Part shown: positions 48,984 through 59,254 of the stretch, piece after piece | Layout of the letters: the number at the start of each line of letters is the position of its first letter | Numbering within the stretch: the first letter of the stretch is position 1 | Source: Acholeplasmataceae bacterium | GTDB lineage: Bacteria; Bacillota_I; Bacilli_A; Acholeplasmatales; Acholeplasmataceae | DNA length: 64,000 nucleotides | Assembly: GCA_963667565.1 (NCBI GenBank) | Contig: OY763415.1 | Span: 608,001 to 672,000 of the forward strand | Direction: 5' to 3' | Position numbers and translations under genes: made by a program | The notes under the pieces: model-generated | Seen by the model: the letters and a program-made list of their open reading frames with translations, nothing else | Databases searched by the model: none | Told to the model about the DNA's origin: nothing

Positions 48984-50690
48984 ATGAAAAAATTCCACTT
49001 AACAGATAAATATTGCCTCATTCATTTTGGTGCCACTTCTTGTGATACAGAGATTAAAATCTTATCATCTAAAGGTTTCATTTATGTGCTCAGTCAATTT
49101 ATCAAACATTTAAAATCAAATAACTCAATTTCAATCACATCTTTTAAAGATGCTAAAACAAGCGAGTTTGTTGAAATATATAAACTCCTTTTATTATGGG
49201 ATTATGAATATGTTTATAAACATTATGACCATCTAAGACATATCTTAAATGATAGAGAAGGTTTATATAGACTCACTGAAGAGTTTTATGATTATTGGAG
49301 AAAACTTGAACGTATTGGTATTTTAACTGGCGATCGAAGATTATCTAAAAGTTATCAATCAAGTAATTTAATCTCTACAGCTGATAGTTTTAACCATAAA
49401 GTCTTACAATTATATAGAACAATCGCACAAAACTTGTTAGGTGATGTATTTAATGTCTATAGACAACTTCCAGCTGGCATTAATGCAAATTTAATTGTGA
49501 CGCCTTATAAATTTAATACTTCTTCTACTTATGATAAGTTACAAGGTATTGGATTTATTCAAGAGATTTTGACAAGACCTCCATTTATGATTTACTCAAA
49601 ATCAAATAAAAGAGAAGGCATCTTTACAGAAACAAAAGAAAATCCAATTGATTATATTTCTATAAATAAACATGAGTTTGTTGCGTATCCAATATTAGTA
49701 GGTAAGTTATTAGCATTTGTTTATATGCATATTGATTTTCTTCATCATGGTATTGCGTTATCAAATTTATTTGAAACTGCAAGTGAAGAAATTTATACAA
49801 ATAGAAAACCAGATCTTATCTATATTTATGGTATGGAAGAAACTACTTTTGATAGAACTTATTTTAAAGATATCAAAAATGATTATTATGTAGGTTATGT
49901 ATCAAAAGAAGATAAAAATGATTATTTTGGGTATATGAAGAAAATGTTATTAACACTTCATAATGTTTATATGATTGATCATGGTCTTCTTCCAATTCAT
50001 GGATCTATGGTTAAAATTCTTCTTAAAAATGGTGATGAAAAAAATGTAGCAATCATCGGCGATAGTGGTGCAGGTAAATCTGAGACATTAGAAGCTTTAA
50101 GACAAATCGGTGATGCATATATCAAAGATATGAAAGTCATCTTTGACGATATGGGAACTTTTTACTTAAAAGATGACCAAGTTTATGCACAAGGTACTGA
50201 AATTGGTGCATTCGTCCGTTTAGATGATCTAGATGCAGGTTATGCATATAGAGAGTTTGATAGAGCAATCTTTTTAAATCCAGATCAAAGTAACGCTAGA
50301 CTTATTCTTCCAGTATCATCATATAAGTTTATTATGAATGATCATAAGGTTGATATGTTATTTTATGCAAATAACTACAAAGAAACACATGAAGGATTAG
50401 CATTCTTTGAAGATATAAATACAGCTAAAGACACATTTAGGGAAGGTGTAAGAAAAGCTAAAGGAACTACTCAAGAAGTTGGTCTTGTAAAAAGCTATTT
50501 TGCAAATCCATTCGGTCCAGTTCAACAAGAAAAAGAGACAGATATATTATTAAATCTTTATTTTGATACTCTATATCAAAATAAAGTACCCATTGGAGTG
50601 ATATATACACAGCTCGCTGTAGACCATATCACAAGTGAAGGACCAAAAATCGCATCAACAAAATTATTAGATTTATTACAAAATAAATAA
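48984..50690 (+). CDS. Phosphoenolpyruvate carboxykinase-like P-loop protein
   Basis: YFGYMKK, PIHGS, GDSGAGKSE, IFDD, GTEIGAFVR, SNAR, NPFGP. Confidence 0.72.
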   Translation: MKKFHLTDKYCLIHFGATSCDTEIKILSSKGFIYVLSQFIKHLKSNNSISITSFKDAKTSEFVEIYKLLLLWDYEYVYKHYDHLRHILNDREGLYRLTEEFYDYWRKLERIGILTGDRRLSKSYQSSNLISTADSFNHKVLQLYRTIAQNLLGDVFNVYRQLPAGINANLIVTPYKFNTSSTYDKLQGIGFIQEILTRPPFMIYSKSNKREGIFTETKENPIDYISINKHEFVAYPILVGKLLAFVYMHIDFLHHGIALSNLFETASEEIYTNRKPDLIYIYGMEETTFDRTYFKDIKNDYYVGYVSKEDKNDYFGYMKKMLLTLHNVYMIDHGLLPIHGSMVKILLKNGDEKNVAIIGDSGAGKSETLEALRQIGDAYIKDMKVIFDDMGTFYLKDDQVYAQGTEIGAFVRLDDLDAGYAYREFDRAIFLNPDQSNARLILPVSSYKFIMNDHKVDMLFYANNYKETHEGLAFFEDINTAKDTFREGVRKAKGTTQEVGLVKSYFANPFGPVQQEKETDILLNLYFDTLYQNKVPIGVIYTQLAVDHITSEGPKIASTKLLDLLQNK

Positions 50691-50757
50691 CCTACACATT
50701 TATATTAAATATATGCTATAATTATTATACGTAAGAAATGTGTTTTGGGAGGACTAT

Positions 50758-52017
50758 ATGGATCACAATTATGAAGAACAAACCATCAGCTTAGCTGAAA
50801 TTTGGCAAAAGCTTTGGAAAAACAAGATATTAATTTTAATTATTTCAATTGTCGTAACATTAATATTAACATTTGGTCTCTATTTTGGACTAAAAGGAAG
50901 CCAAATGACAACCACTGGATTTGAATATCAATTTATTGGAGTATCATCAAATGAATTCCCAGATGGAACAACATTTGAGTTTAGAGATATTATCAGTTAT
51001 GATCAATTACTCTTAGTCCAAGAATCAAATGATTTATATGCAAACATTGATATTGAACATTTATATCTAAATAGTAATACAACCATTCTAAGACAATTAG
51101 CAGATGTATCAACTTCAGATAATATTGTTTATACAACAAATCAGTATACATTAAATATCCCTTATAGTTATTTCAATTATGATGAAACACTCGCAAGAGA
51201 TTTTATTACTGATTTGCTTAATGTTGATATTAATGAAGCCATCACTAAAAATGAATTAAGACAAATTTATAATTTTGTAGATTTGGTAGATGATAATGTA
51301 GAGTATTTAGATTCTATGACATACTATAAGGATCAATATACGCTTTTATTAAACAGCATGGAAACATTTATTTCATCTTATCAAGATGTCACGATTGATG
51401 GACTCAGCATGACAGATATCAAAAATGAACTTACTGCTATTTACGATAATGGTTATTCATTTGCAGAAATCGAAACACTCATCAAAAATGAACATTATTA
51501 TAAAGATCAAGTTTCATATATTGATAAATTAAACATTAGAATTGCGACACTTCAAAAAAGTATTGATTTAAATGTATTAAGAATTAATGAACTAGAAACC
51601 ATGTATAATAATTTGGTTGCTACTTCTAATCTCCAACAAGCTGATGCATTATTACAAAGTATTGCAGATTATAGAATAGCAAATGTTAATTCACAGTTTG
51701 AAATTGATGAATATCAAGATATTATCGATACAGCAGCAACGCTTGCTACAACATCTCATACAGATGCAGATTTCTTAAATATCATTAATAATTATGAAAC
51801 CATGTTAAATGATTACACGAATACTTATAATACATTCTATCTGGAAACACTTAATGATAATACTAAAGTTGTTTATGATGCAGGTTCTATTTATACTGTA
51901 TCTGGAGGATATAACCTTCCAATGATTGGTGTGATATCTCTTATGGTTGGTGTATTAACATCATTTGTAGTAGTATTTATTAAAGAATCAGATGCAAACA
52001 AAAAGACTAACAATTAA
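50758..52017 (+). CDS. Wzz/polysaccharide co-polymerase-like protein
   Basis: EQTISLAEIWQKLWKNK N-terminus, two terminal TMs, extracellular coiled coil; GGAGG RBS before ATG 50758. Confidence 0.7.
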   Translation: MDHNYEEQTISLAEIWQKLWKNKILILIISIVVTLILTFGLYFGLKGSQMTTTGFEYQFIGVSSNEFPDGTTFEFRDIISYDQLLLVQESNDLYANIDIEHLYLNSNTTILRQLADVSTSDNIVYTTNQYTLNIPYSYFNYDETLARDFITDLLNVDINEAITKNELRQIYNFVDLVDDNVEYLDSMTYYKDQYTLLLNSMETFISSYQDVTIDGLSMTDIKNELTAIYDNGYSFAEIETLIKNEHYYKDQVSYIDKLNIRIATLQKSIDLNVLRINELETMYNNLVATSNLQQADALLQSIADYRIANVNSQFEIDEYQDIIDTAATLATTSHTDADFLNIINNYETMLNDYTNTYNTFYLETLNDNTKVVYDAGSIYTVSGGYNLPMIGVISLMVGVLTSFVVVFIKESDANKKTNN

Positions 52018-52035
52018 AGTTAGTCTTCTTTTTTT
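52000..52035. terminator. Bidirectional hairpin overlapping both convergent stop codons
   Basis: AAGACTAAC-aattaaa-GTTAGTCTT flanked by A and T runs. Confidence 0.65.
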
Positions 52036-52703
52036 ATAAAATTGATTCGATTAAATAATAAATATAATTCCTCTTGTGAATAATACTTTTTTAATTTTAT
52101 GAATGCTTGTTGCATCAAAGGCTTTCTCACATCAAGATTATGTGTATCTGTTGCTATGATGTCAATAAATTTATTTCTGATGAGCATGTTTACCATGCTC
52201 TTTTTTGTATATTTATCAGGACCAACAATGGCTGATGAATTCACTTGAAGCAGAGCACCAGTTTTTTTAATATTGATGATATCTTCTTTGGTTAAGTATA
52301 AATATCTTTCAACATGAGCAACAATCACTTGATATCCTTTAGCTTGGATGTTAAATACAATGTCTTCAATCGCTGTTTTATGCTGTGTAGAAAACTCCAT
52401 CAAAATGATATTTGTGTCTTCAAATGCATATCTGTGAAGTTCTAAATCAAAATGTGGACGATAATAAATCTCAGCACCTAAAATTAAAGTGATTGGTAAA
52501 TCTTTTGTCATTTCTTTCAACTTATTAAATTGCTCAATTTGAAATGCACGATTACCTTTTTGTTCTTTTCCAAAGATATGAGGTGTTAATACAATATGTG
52601 TTACACCTTGCTTAATCTCTTCTTTAATCAGATCTAGTGAGAGTTCAAAAGATTGACTCCCATCATCAACAAGTGGAAGAATATGGGAATGAACATCAAT
52701 CAT
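52020..52703 (-). CDS. cpsB: CpsB/CapC PHP-family tyrosine phosphatase
   Basis: MIDVHSHILP..DDG, TPH, AHVERY, ATDTH. Confidence 0.92.
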   Translation of the reverse strand: MIDVHSHILPLVDDGSQSFELSLDLIKEEIKQGVTHIVLTPHIFGKEQKGNRAFQIEQFNKLKEMTKDLPITLILGAEIYYRPHFDLELHRYAFEDTNIILMEFSTQHKTAIEDIVFNIQAKGYQVIVAHVERYLYLTKEDIINIKKTGALLQVNSSAIVGPDKYTKKSMVNMLIRNKFIDIIATDTHNLDVRKPLMQQAFIKLKKYYSQEELYLLFNRINFIKKED

Positions 52704-53443
52704 TTTTTATCACTATAATAAGCATAATTACCTTTATATCCGTAACCTGCTTGATCCATCTTCACTTGATTAAATACGATACCAATAATGTTCACATCAT
52801 ATTTCTTAAGTGTCTGAATAGCGTCTTTAACAAGCGATTTTTTCGCTTTTCCTTGAGCAACAATAAAGATAACAGCTTCTGATAATTTAGAGATTATAAT
52901 AGCATCTGATACAGCAATAATAGGTGGTGTATCAAGTAAGACATAATCATATCTTTCTTTTAGTTTATCAATAAGTTCTTTCATCCTTTGTGATTCTAAA
53001 ACATTAGTCACTAGATTTGTTGATTCACCAGCAACCATAAAGTCAATACCGACTTCATCAGAGTGCTTAATTGCTTCTTCTAACGTAATTTTACCTGAAA
53101 TATAATCAGTTATACCATTTTCATTAGGCACAGTGAATGCACGATTAATTTTTGGTCTTCTTAAGTCAAGATCAAGTAAAATGACTTTCTTTTCTTTTTG
53201 TTGAAGTAAGAAAGCAATATTTGATACAAATGTTGATTTACCTTCTGAAGGAAGTGTCGATGTGAATTGCAATACTTTATGATTACTATCGACATTAATA
53301 TAATCTAAGTCAATCACAATCTTTTGAAAAGATTCTGAAGTAAATGACAACGGATCATTTTTAGTTACTAAATAATCATATTTTTCAATTCTTGGTTTAC
53401 CATTAATTAATGTATCAATGTTTAATTTTCTATCTTTAGCCAT
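52700..53443 (-). CDS. cpsD: CpsD/CapB bacterial tyrosine kinase
   Basis: EGKST, DLDLRRP, LLDTPP, C-terminal Tyr cluster GYGYKGNYAYY; GGAGG RBS favours ATG 53443. Confidence 0.92.
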   Translation of the reverse strand: MAKDRKLNIDTLINGKPRIEKYDYLVTKNDPLSFTSESFQKIVIDLDYINVDSNHKVLQFTSTLPSEGKSTFVSNIAFLLQQKEKKVILLDLDLRRPKINRAFTVPNENGITDYISGKITLEEAIKHSDEVGIDFMVAGESTNLVTNVLESQRMKELIDKLKERYDYVLLDTPPIIAVSDAIIISKLSEAVIFIVAQGKAKKSLVKDAIQTLKKYDVNIIGIVFNQVKMDQAGYGYKGNYAYYSDKK

Positions 53444-53444
53444 T

Positions 53445-54155
53445 TTAGAAATCCTCCTTAATCTCAAACTCAGGAATGATGCCTAAAACTTGAATGTCAA
53501 AAGCAGCTTCAAGCTGTTCTTTTGTTTTAAATGAATTATTAAGTAATTCTTTACCAAATGCAATACCAAGTCCTATAATACCACCAACCATAAGACCAAT
53601 GATCACAAGGAGCGGTTTATTTGGTGATGCATATGTACCATTATCTGTTGCAAGTATGCCAACAAGTTCAATCGTGTCTGGTAAGAATCTTTCTGGATTG
53701 TCAGTCATTTGGTTGTTGATACCTACTTCTACCAAATAATTAACAATTAATTTTGTATTAACTGGATTCATATCTTGATAAGCAACGTTGATTCTATAAG
53801 AATCAGTCGATGCAGTCACTGTAAGTTTTGATTTAAATGATTCTTTTGATTCATCTAAATTTAAATCTAGAATGACTTTATCAATCACTGAATTGGATTC
53901 AAAATATTCTGCTACAGTCATGATTAAATATCTTGCTACTGTATAATCAGAAGATGATGTTTGACTTTCAGTAATGGGTGTAATATAAACATCAACATTT
54001 GAGCGATATTCTTCTTGTGCGATGGAATAAGCATAGATACCTGCTAAGATACCAAAGAAAACCACTGAGATGATGATGGGTCTAAGACCATTTTTAATAA
54101 TGTAAAACAAATCTGATAAACTAAACCCCTCTTGCATGTTTGGATTTTGATCCAT
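53445..54155 (-). CDS. cpsC: CpsC/CapA chain-length regulator (kinase activator)
   Basis: Two TMs, SPNKP, C-terminal VLGIIP; directly upstream of cpsD. Confidence 0.88.
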   Translation of the reverse strand: MDQNPNMQEGFSLSDLFYIIKNGLRPIIISVVFFGILAGIYAYSIAQEEYRSNVDVYITPITESQTSSSDYTVARYLIMTVAEYFESNSVIDKVILDLNLDESKESFKSKLTVTASTDSYRINVAYQDMNPVNTKLIVNYLVEVGINNQMTDNPERFLPDTIELVGILATDNGTYASPNKPLLVIIGLMVGGIIGLGIAFGKELLNNSFKTKEQLEAAFDIQVLGIIPEFEIKEDF

Positions 54156-54220
54156 AAAATAACCTCCATATAAAACCTATATTTTGATATGTCAAAAAAT
54201 AAATTTGCCCCGTTGCTGAT

Positions 54221-55852
54221 TTATTTTAGTGTTTGAAACAAAAATCTAGTCATTTCCTCTTTTGGTAATGGTCTCTTGAAATAATAACCTTGTGCATATT
54301 TACATTGATATTGTTTCATTAGCTCACAAACTTCTTTATCTTCAATACCTTCAACAGTCACATCTAAATTAAGATCTGTTGCAAGCTTGATTGTTGATTT
54401 AACAATTTTTTGATTTGCCTGATTTGTTAAAATATCTTTAGCAAATGCTTGATCAATTTTAATACCAGTAAATGGAAAACTTGATAAATATGATAATGAT
54501 GAATATCCTTGACCAAAGTCATCGATAGAGATTTTAAATCCTAAATCATAAAATCTTTGAAGATTTGCTCTAATTTGATCATAATCTGAAACTAAAACAG
54601 TTTCAGTTACTTCAAGTTCAATCGCTTTTGGTTTAATATCATATTGTCTAAATATATTCATCATATTAGTGTAAAAACTTGTGTCATATAAGTTTTTAGC
54701 GGATATATTAATCGCAATTGGCATATAAATACCTTGATTTCTTAATTCAATATGATATTCAATTGCCCAGGTAAATACACTTTGTGTTAACTGTTGAATC
54801 AGTGAAGTTTTTTCAATGGTTGGAATAAAATCATTTGGTGGAATTAACTCACCGTTTCTTTCCCACCTAATTAAAGCTTCTAAAGATTCTGTTTTACCAT
54901 TTTCTAAATTAACTTTAGGTTGGTAATATAAGAACACTTTATTATTTTCTAAACCTTCAATGAAGTCATAAGAAATTTCATACTCATGTCTAGAATCTGA
55001 TTTAAGATTAGAATATCTTAAATATAAGACATGTCTTTTAACTGCTTCTCTAGCTGTCATATCAGTTGAAATAAAATATTGAGATAGATCATCATTTGCT
55101 CGATGAATTCTTGTGTCAAAACCTAGACCAAAGTTAACAAATAATCGTTGTTCAATATTATCTTTGATATGGGTCATGATATTTACAATATTTTGTATTT
55201 CTTCTCTATAATCATTAGATTCTTTTAATATCCATAGTCTTCTTTCCTCTGGAAAGATGACATATGTGTCTTTGTAGACACCTTGTATTCTTGTTTTGAT
55301 AAGATTTAGAAAATCATAATATGCTTTATAACCTAATACTTCTGTAATCATTTCATAATTTTCAATTAAGATGGTACAAAACATATAGACTTTATCTTCT
55401 TGTAATTTTAAGTGTTGTAAAACATTAATATTATATAGATTACTATCTGGGTGTTGAATAAGATAGTTTTCCATTTTTTGATTAAGTTTTTGATAATCAG
55501 ATGATAACATACCAGATAGTAGTCCTACCATCGAGAAAATAAATAATCTAAAGAACCAATCTGGAAATTCTTGAGGATCACCTGAGATAAGATCAACTGG
55601 TAATAGTGGTCCTGCTAAGATACCTGCAAATAAGCCTGCTGCAAGCCCTGCATATGGACCAACGAGACTACCTACTAATACAATTGATAAATAGAATATA
55701 TGTGTATAGGATAAATGATTTAGTTGATAATCAATATTTTTAATGTAGAAATAAAAACCTATCATCAAGCCAAAATTCAGAACGAGAAGTTCTGGTTTGT
55801 AGTACTTGAACATAAGTTTTACAAGTTTGTTATCCTTAAAGGATTTCTTCAC
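54221..55852 (-). CDS. Membrane-anchored EAL-domain c-di-GMP phosphodiesterase with degenerate GGDEF-like domain
   Basis: YYQPK, EALIRW, INIS, ELEVTE, DDFGQGYSS, KID, EGIE, QGYY; no GGDEF motif; N-terminal TM bundle. Confidence 0.9.
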   Translation of the reverse strand: MKKSFKDNKLVKLMFKYYKPELLVLNFGLMIGFYFYIKNIDYQLNHLSYTHIFYLSIVLVGSLVGPYAGLAAGLFAGILAGPLLPVDLISGDPQEFPDWFFRLFIFSMVGLLSGMLSSDYQKLNQKMENYLIQHPDSNLYNINVLQHLKLQEDKVYMFCTILIENYEMITEVLGYKAYYDFLNLIKTRIQGVYKDTYVIFPEERRLWILKESNDYREEIQNIVNIMTHIKDNIEQRLFVNFGLGFDTRIHRANDDLSQYFISTDMTAREAVKRHVLYLRYSNLKSDSRHEYEISYDFIEGLENNKVFLYYQPKVNLENGKTESLEALIRWERNGELIPPNDFIPTIEKTSLIQQLTQSVFTWAIEYHIELRNQGIYMPIAINISAKNLYDTSFYTNMMNIFRQYDIKPKAIELEVTETVLVSDYDQIRANLQRFYDLGFKISIDDFGQGYSSLSYLSSFPFTGIKIDQAFAKDILTNQANQKIVKSTIKLATDLNLDVTVEGIEDKEVCELMKQYQCKYAQGYYFKRPLPKEEMTRFLFQTLK

Positions 55853-55868
55853 AAGGATGCCTCCTAAA

Positions 55869-56861
55869 TTATTTAATCACTTTAATCCAATGATCTGGAT
55901 CTGGAATATCTCCAAATTGAATGCCGATTAAGATATCATATAGTTGTTTAGTAATAGGACCCATTGTTTCATGATATGGGAATATATGCTTTTTACCTTG
56001 ATGGGTAATTGAAGCAATTGGAGAGATTACTGCTGCTGTTCCACATGCTGCAGCTTCTGAAATGTTAGATAAATCATCAATATACACATCAGTCTCTTCT
56101 ACTTTTAAGTTTAACATATTTTTTGCAATGTAGACTAAAGAACGTTTTGTAATGCCATCTAATATTGAATTTGACTTAGGTGTAATGAATTTATTATCTT
56201 TTGTAATCGCAAAAAAGTTAGCTGTACCAGCTTCCTCAATTTTCGTATGTGTAAGTGGATCTAAGAAGATGCAATCAGCGAACCCTTGATCTTTAGCAAT
56301 CTTTTTAGCAAGAAGAGATGACCCATAATTTCCACCTACTTTTGCTTGACCTGTACCCATAGGTGCTGCTCTATCATAATCAGATGTCACCATATCTAAT
56401 GCTTTACCTTCAAAATATGATCCTACTGGAGTTACAAATATTGAAAATAAATATTCAGAAGCTGGTTTAACACCTATATTATCTCCCCATCCAATCATAA
56501 ATGGACGAATATATAAAGAAGATAGGTCACCATAAGGTGGAATAAAAGATTCATTTGCTAAAACAGTTTTAGTCACTGCATCAACAAAATCATGTACAGG
56601 GTAAGCAGGCATCACAAGTCGTTCACATGAATCTTGGAAACGTCTAGCATTATCAAAAGGTCTAAATAACTGAATGTGACCAGATTTTGTACGGTATGCT
56701 TTCATACCTTCAAATGCTGTTTGCCCATAATGAAGGGAGGTTGCAGATAATGAGATGTTCGTTTTATCTGATGCTTGCATAAAACCTTCTTGCCATTTAC
56801 CATTAGCATGAAATGATATAAATGTATTATTTGTTTTTATGTAACTAAATTTATTGCTCAT
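55869..56861 (-). CDS. ilvE: Branched-chain amino acid aminotransferase
   Basis: LHYGQTAFEGMKA, YIRP, AKVGGNY, ILDGIT, CGTAAVISP. Confidence 0.95.
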   Translation of the reverse strand: MSNKFSYIKTNNTFISFHANGKWQEGFMQASDKTNISLSATSLHYGQTAFEGMKAYRTKSGHIQLFRPFDNARRFQDSCERLVMPAYPVHDFVDAVTKTVLANESFIPPYGDLSSLYIRPFMIGWGDNIGVKPASEYLFSIFVTPVGSYFEGKALDMVTSDYDRAAPMGTGQAKVGGNYGSSLLAKKIAKDQGFADCIFLDPLTHTKIEEAGTANFFAITKDNKFITPKSNSILDGITKRSLVYIAKNMLNLKVEETDVYIDDLSNISEAAACGTAAVISPIASITHQGKKHIFPYHETMGPITKQLYDILIGIQFGDIPDPDHWIKVIK

Positions 56862-56879
56862 TGATATACTTTCTCCTAA

Positions 56880-57734
56880 TTAAGACCAGATGACTACTTC
56901 AACCCTGATTTTTTTTCTTAGTAATTTATGAAAGAAAACAGTTGTATTTATTATTCTAATTACCTGTTTATATGTTCCTCGACCATTATTAACTAGCCAA
57001 ATTCTATTTTCTTTTTTAGTAAAATTAACACCTTTTTTATGAAAAGGCTTGTATATAAACTTAATAACACCCATAATTTTATAGCTATATTCGCAAAAAA
57101 CACTTCCCAAACTTGGCAATTTTTGATCCTGTTTATATTTGACATGTTCAATCTTTTCTTTTACTACATTTTCAATCTTTTCTTTTGTTAATTTTAAAAA
57201 ATTAAATTCAACACTTAAAATAATATATTCTTGATTATTTTTAAAAATTGAATTTCTGTACTCAAAATTACATTTTGCTTTATCAAGATATATAATCTCA
57301 TTTTTGTACAGACACTTAACTTTATCTACATAGTTTCCTATGAATCTTCCATCCTTAATGCCAGTTCCGGCATTCATCGCTATGGAGCCACCAACTAGTC
57401 CAGGTACGGTGATTAAATCTTCTATTCCACCATAACCATCCATATTTATAAATTTTATCAATTTATGAAGTTTTACTGATGCACCAACTTCATATTTTCC
57501 ATCACCTAGTCTAGTGATTTTATTATTAAAATCTCCAAGAAATATTACGTTTTCAAAAATCTTTTTATCATTAATTAATATATTAGAACCGCTAGATATC
57601 ATATAATACGTATTTAAGTTCTTCATCAAATTAATAAGTTCATTTTCATTATTGGGTAAATAAAAATTCTTTGCAATCCCACCAATTTTGAAAGCTGAAT
57701 ATAAAGAAAGATCTTGATTTTTAATAATATTCAT
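56880..57734 (-). CDS. MurB-like FAD-dependent enolpyruvyl reductase inside the polysaccharide locus
   Basis: FKIGG, GSNIL, VPGLVGGSIAMNAG, FEYRNS, PSLGSVF, C-terminal EV. Confidence 0.85.
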   Translation of the reverse strand: MNIIKNQDLSLYSAFKIGGIAKNFYLPNNENELINLMKNLNTYYMISSGSNILINDKKIFENVIFLGDFNNKITRLGDGKYEVGASVKLHKLIKFINMDGYGGIEDLITVPGLVGGSIAMNAGTGIKDGRFIGNYVDKVKCLYKNEIIYLDKAKCNFEYRNSIFKNNQEYIILSVEFNFLKLTKEKIENVVKEKIEHVKYKQDQKLPSLGSVFCEYSYKIMGVIKFIYKPFHKKGVNFTKKENRIWLVNNGRGTYKQVIRIINTTVFFHKLLRKKIRVEVVIWS

Positions 57735-59254
57735 TATATACCTCCAAATATTCTTTTAACTCTATACATAGAATCAATAAAAATTTTTTTATCTGTCGTA
57801 AAATTAACGATGACAACTGCTAATAAAATTATCGAACCATTAAATATTGCTTGAAGAATCCATTCTTTTAAAGAATCAGCTCTAATCGGATAAAAAGTAT
57901 AAACAATAATAATAATGCTGAAAATAATAATGCTTCTGAAAATTCTGAATATTGACTTAGTAACTTTAAATCCAGTTAAATTTTTAGGTGCAAATATTAT
58001 TAAATCTACTGTTCTATAAACATTTGATATTAATGAACCTAATATAATCCCATCCAGCCCATAAAAATAACCTAAAAAAAATCCTAATCCTATAGCAATT
58101 AATCCTTGGATTGTTGTTTGAATTTTTGTTTCTCTATACAATCCTCGAGCAATTATAAGCATTCCGTTTGGTGTCTTAATGTTAAAGAAATACCCATTTA
58201 TAACAATGAAATATACTAACGATGGGTATATATAATTTATATCCGCACCAATTGTGTATAGTTTAACAAATGGTAAATATAATACAAATGTAATACTGTA
58301 TATAATTGTTAAAAAAATTAAATATATATATTCAAACTCAAGAAAAGACTTTTTAAATTTATTCTTCTCGTTTTTGACAATTAATTCTCCAAAACCTGCA
58401 GATAGGCCAGATGTAAAGATGCTCATCAGTGAATTAATGCCTTGAATAACCAAGTAGTAAATGGAATATATACTCACATCATATATAGTCAATATAATGG
58501 TGGCTATGATTATTGGAGAGCCTCTTTGGATAATTCCTAATATTTGCATATATAATGCATCCCAACGCTTCTCAAGTGAAATTTTTTCATCATTTTTACT
58601 AAAATCTAAAAATTTGTATCTATATTTTGCGTAAATCCATAAAATTAATGTTCGTATAAATATTGAAGATATAGCAATTAATCTAACTATAACAATGCTA
58701 ACACCTAAATTAGCTAAAATATAGATAATGATAGTATTAATTATTATTTGAATTATGGTAGCAATTGAAATAATGTATGTTTTTTGATCAGCAGTTAATA
58801 AAGCTCTATATTTTGCTAATGTAAAAAATTCCATGACACCATTTGAACCAATAATGAAAAACAAAAAAAACATTTCAAAATAGTTCAATGTGTTTACATG
58901 TATAAATAATGGATATAATACAGCCAATAATGTAATTAAACCAACAAATAGAAAACCTGATTTAAAATAGAAATTTTTTGCTGATACTAATATTTTATTT
59001 ATAAAATCTTTATCGTTCTCCGCTAATGGTTTATATAATTTATAAATCGCTGATGCACTTATTCCAGCTTCAACTAAAGATATATATGCAACTAATTGAG
59101 AAATTGAGGTTACTACTCCATTAATTTCAGACCCATAGTTATTAAGAATTATTTTTGGAATAATCATTCCTGTTATAAATGTGAAAAACTGTAAAATAGC
59201 TGTAGTAATAGTATTGAACAGAAATTTTTGACTTCTAGTATATTTTCTATTCAT
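57734..59254 (-). CDS. wzx: Wzx flippase (polysaccharide repeat-unit transporter)
   Basis: About 12-14 TM; YGSEING, EAGI, LYKPLA, LLTADQK. Confidence 0.85.
   Translation of the reverse strand: MNRKYTRSQKFLFNTITTAILQFFTFITGMIIPKIILNNYGSEINGVVTSISQLVAYISLVEAGISASAIYKLYKPLAENDKDFINKILVSAKNFYFKSGFLFVGLITLLAVLYPLFIHVNTLNYFEMFFLFFIIGSNGVMEFFTLAKYRALLTADQKTYIISIATIIQIIINTIIIYILANLGVSIVIVRLIAISSIFIRTLILWIYAKYRYKFLDFSKNDEKISLEKRWDALYMQILGIIQRGSPIIIATIILTIYDVSIYSIYYLVIQGINSLMSIFTSGLSAGFGELIVKNEKNKFKKSFLEFEYIYLIFLTIIYSITFVLYLPFVKLYTIGADINYIYPSLVYFIVINGYFFNIKTPNGMLIIARGLYRETKIQTTIQGLIAIGLGFFLGYFYGLDGIILGSLISNVYRTVDLIIFAPKNLTGFKVTKSIFRIFRSIIIFSIIIIVYTFYPIRADSLKEWILQAIFNGSIILLAVVIVNFTTDKKIFIDSMYRVKRIFGGI

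Noticed and set aside
56880..57734. Annotating this gene as housekeeping murB
   Set aside because: Context (coupled to wzx, no mur/dcw genes) and divergent C-terminal motifs argue for a paralog, so the gene symbol was withheld.
2726..58445. Many short ORFs (60-140 aa) antisense to or inside long genes, e.g. 2726-2971, 36974-37336, 39875-40228, 43968-44390, 46444-46716
   Set aside because: They lie within well-supported genes, show no recognisable motifs and look like codon-bias shadows.
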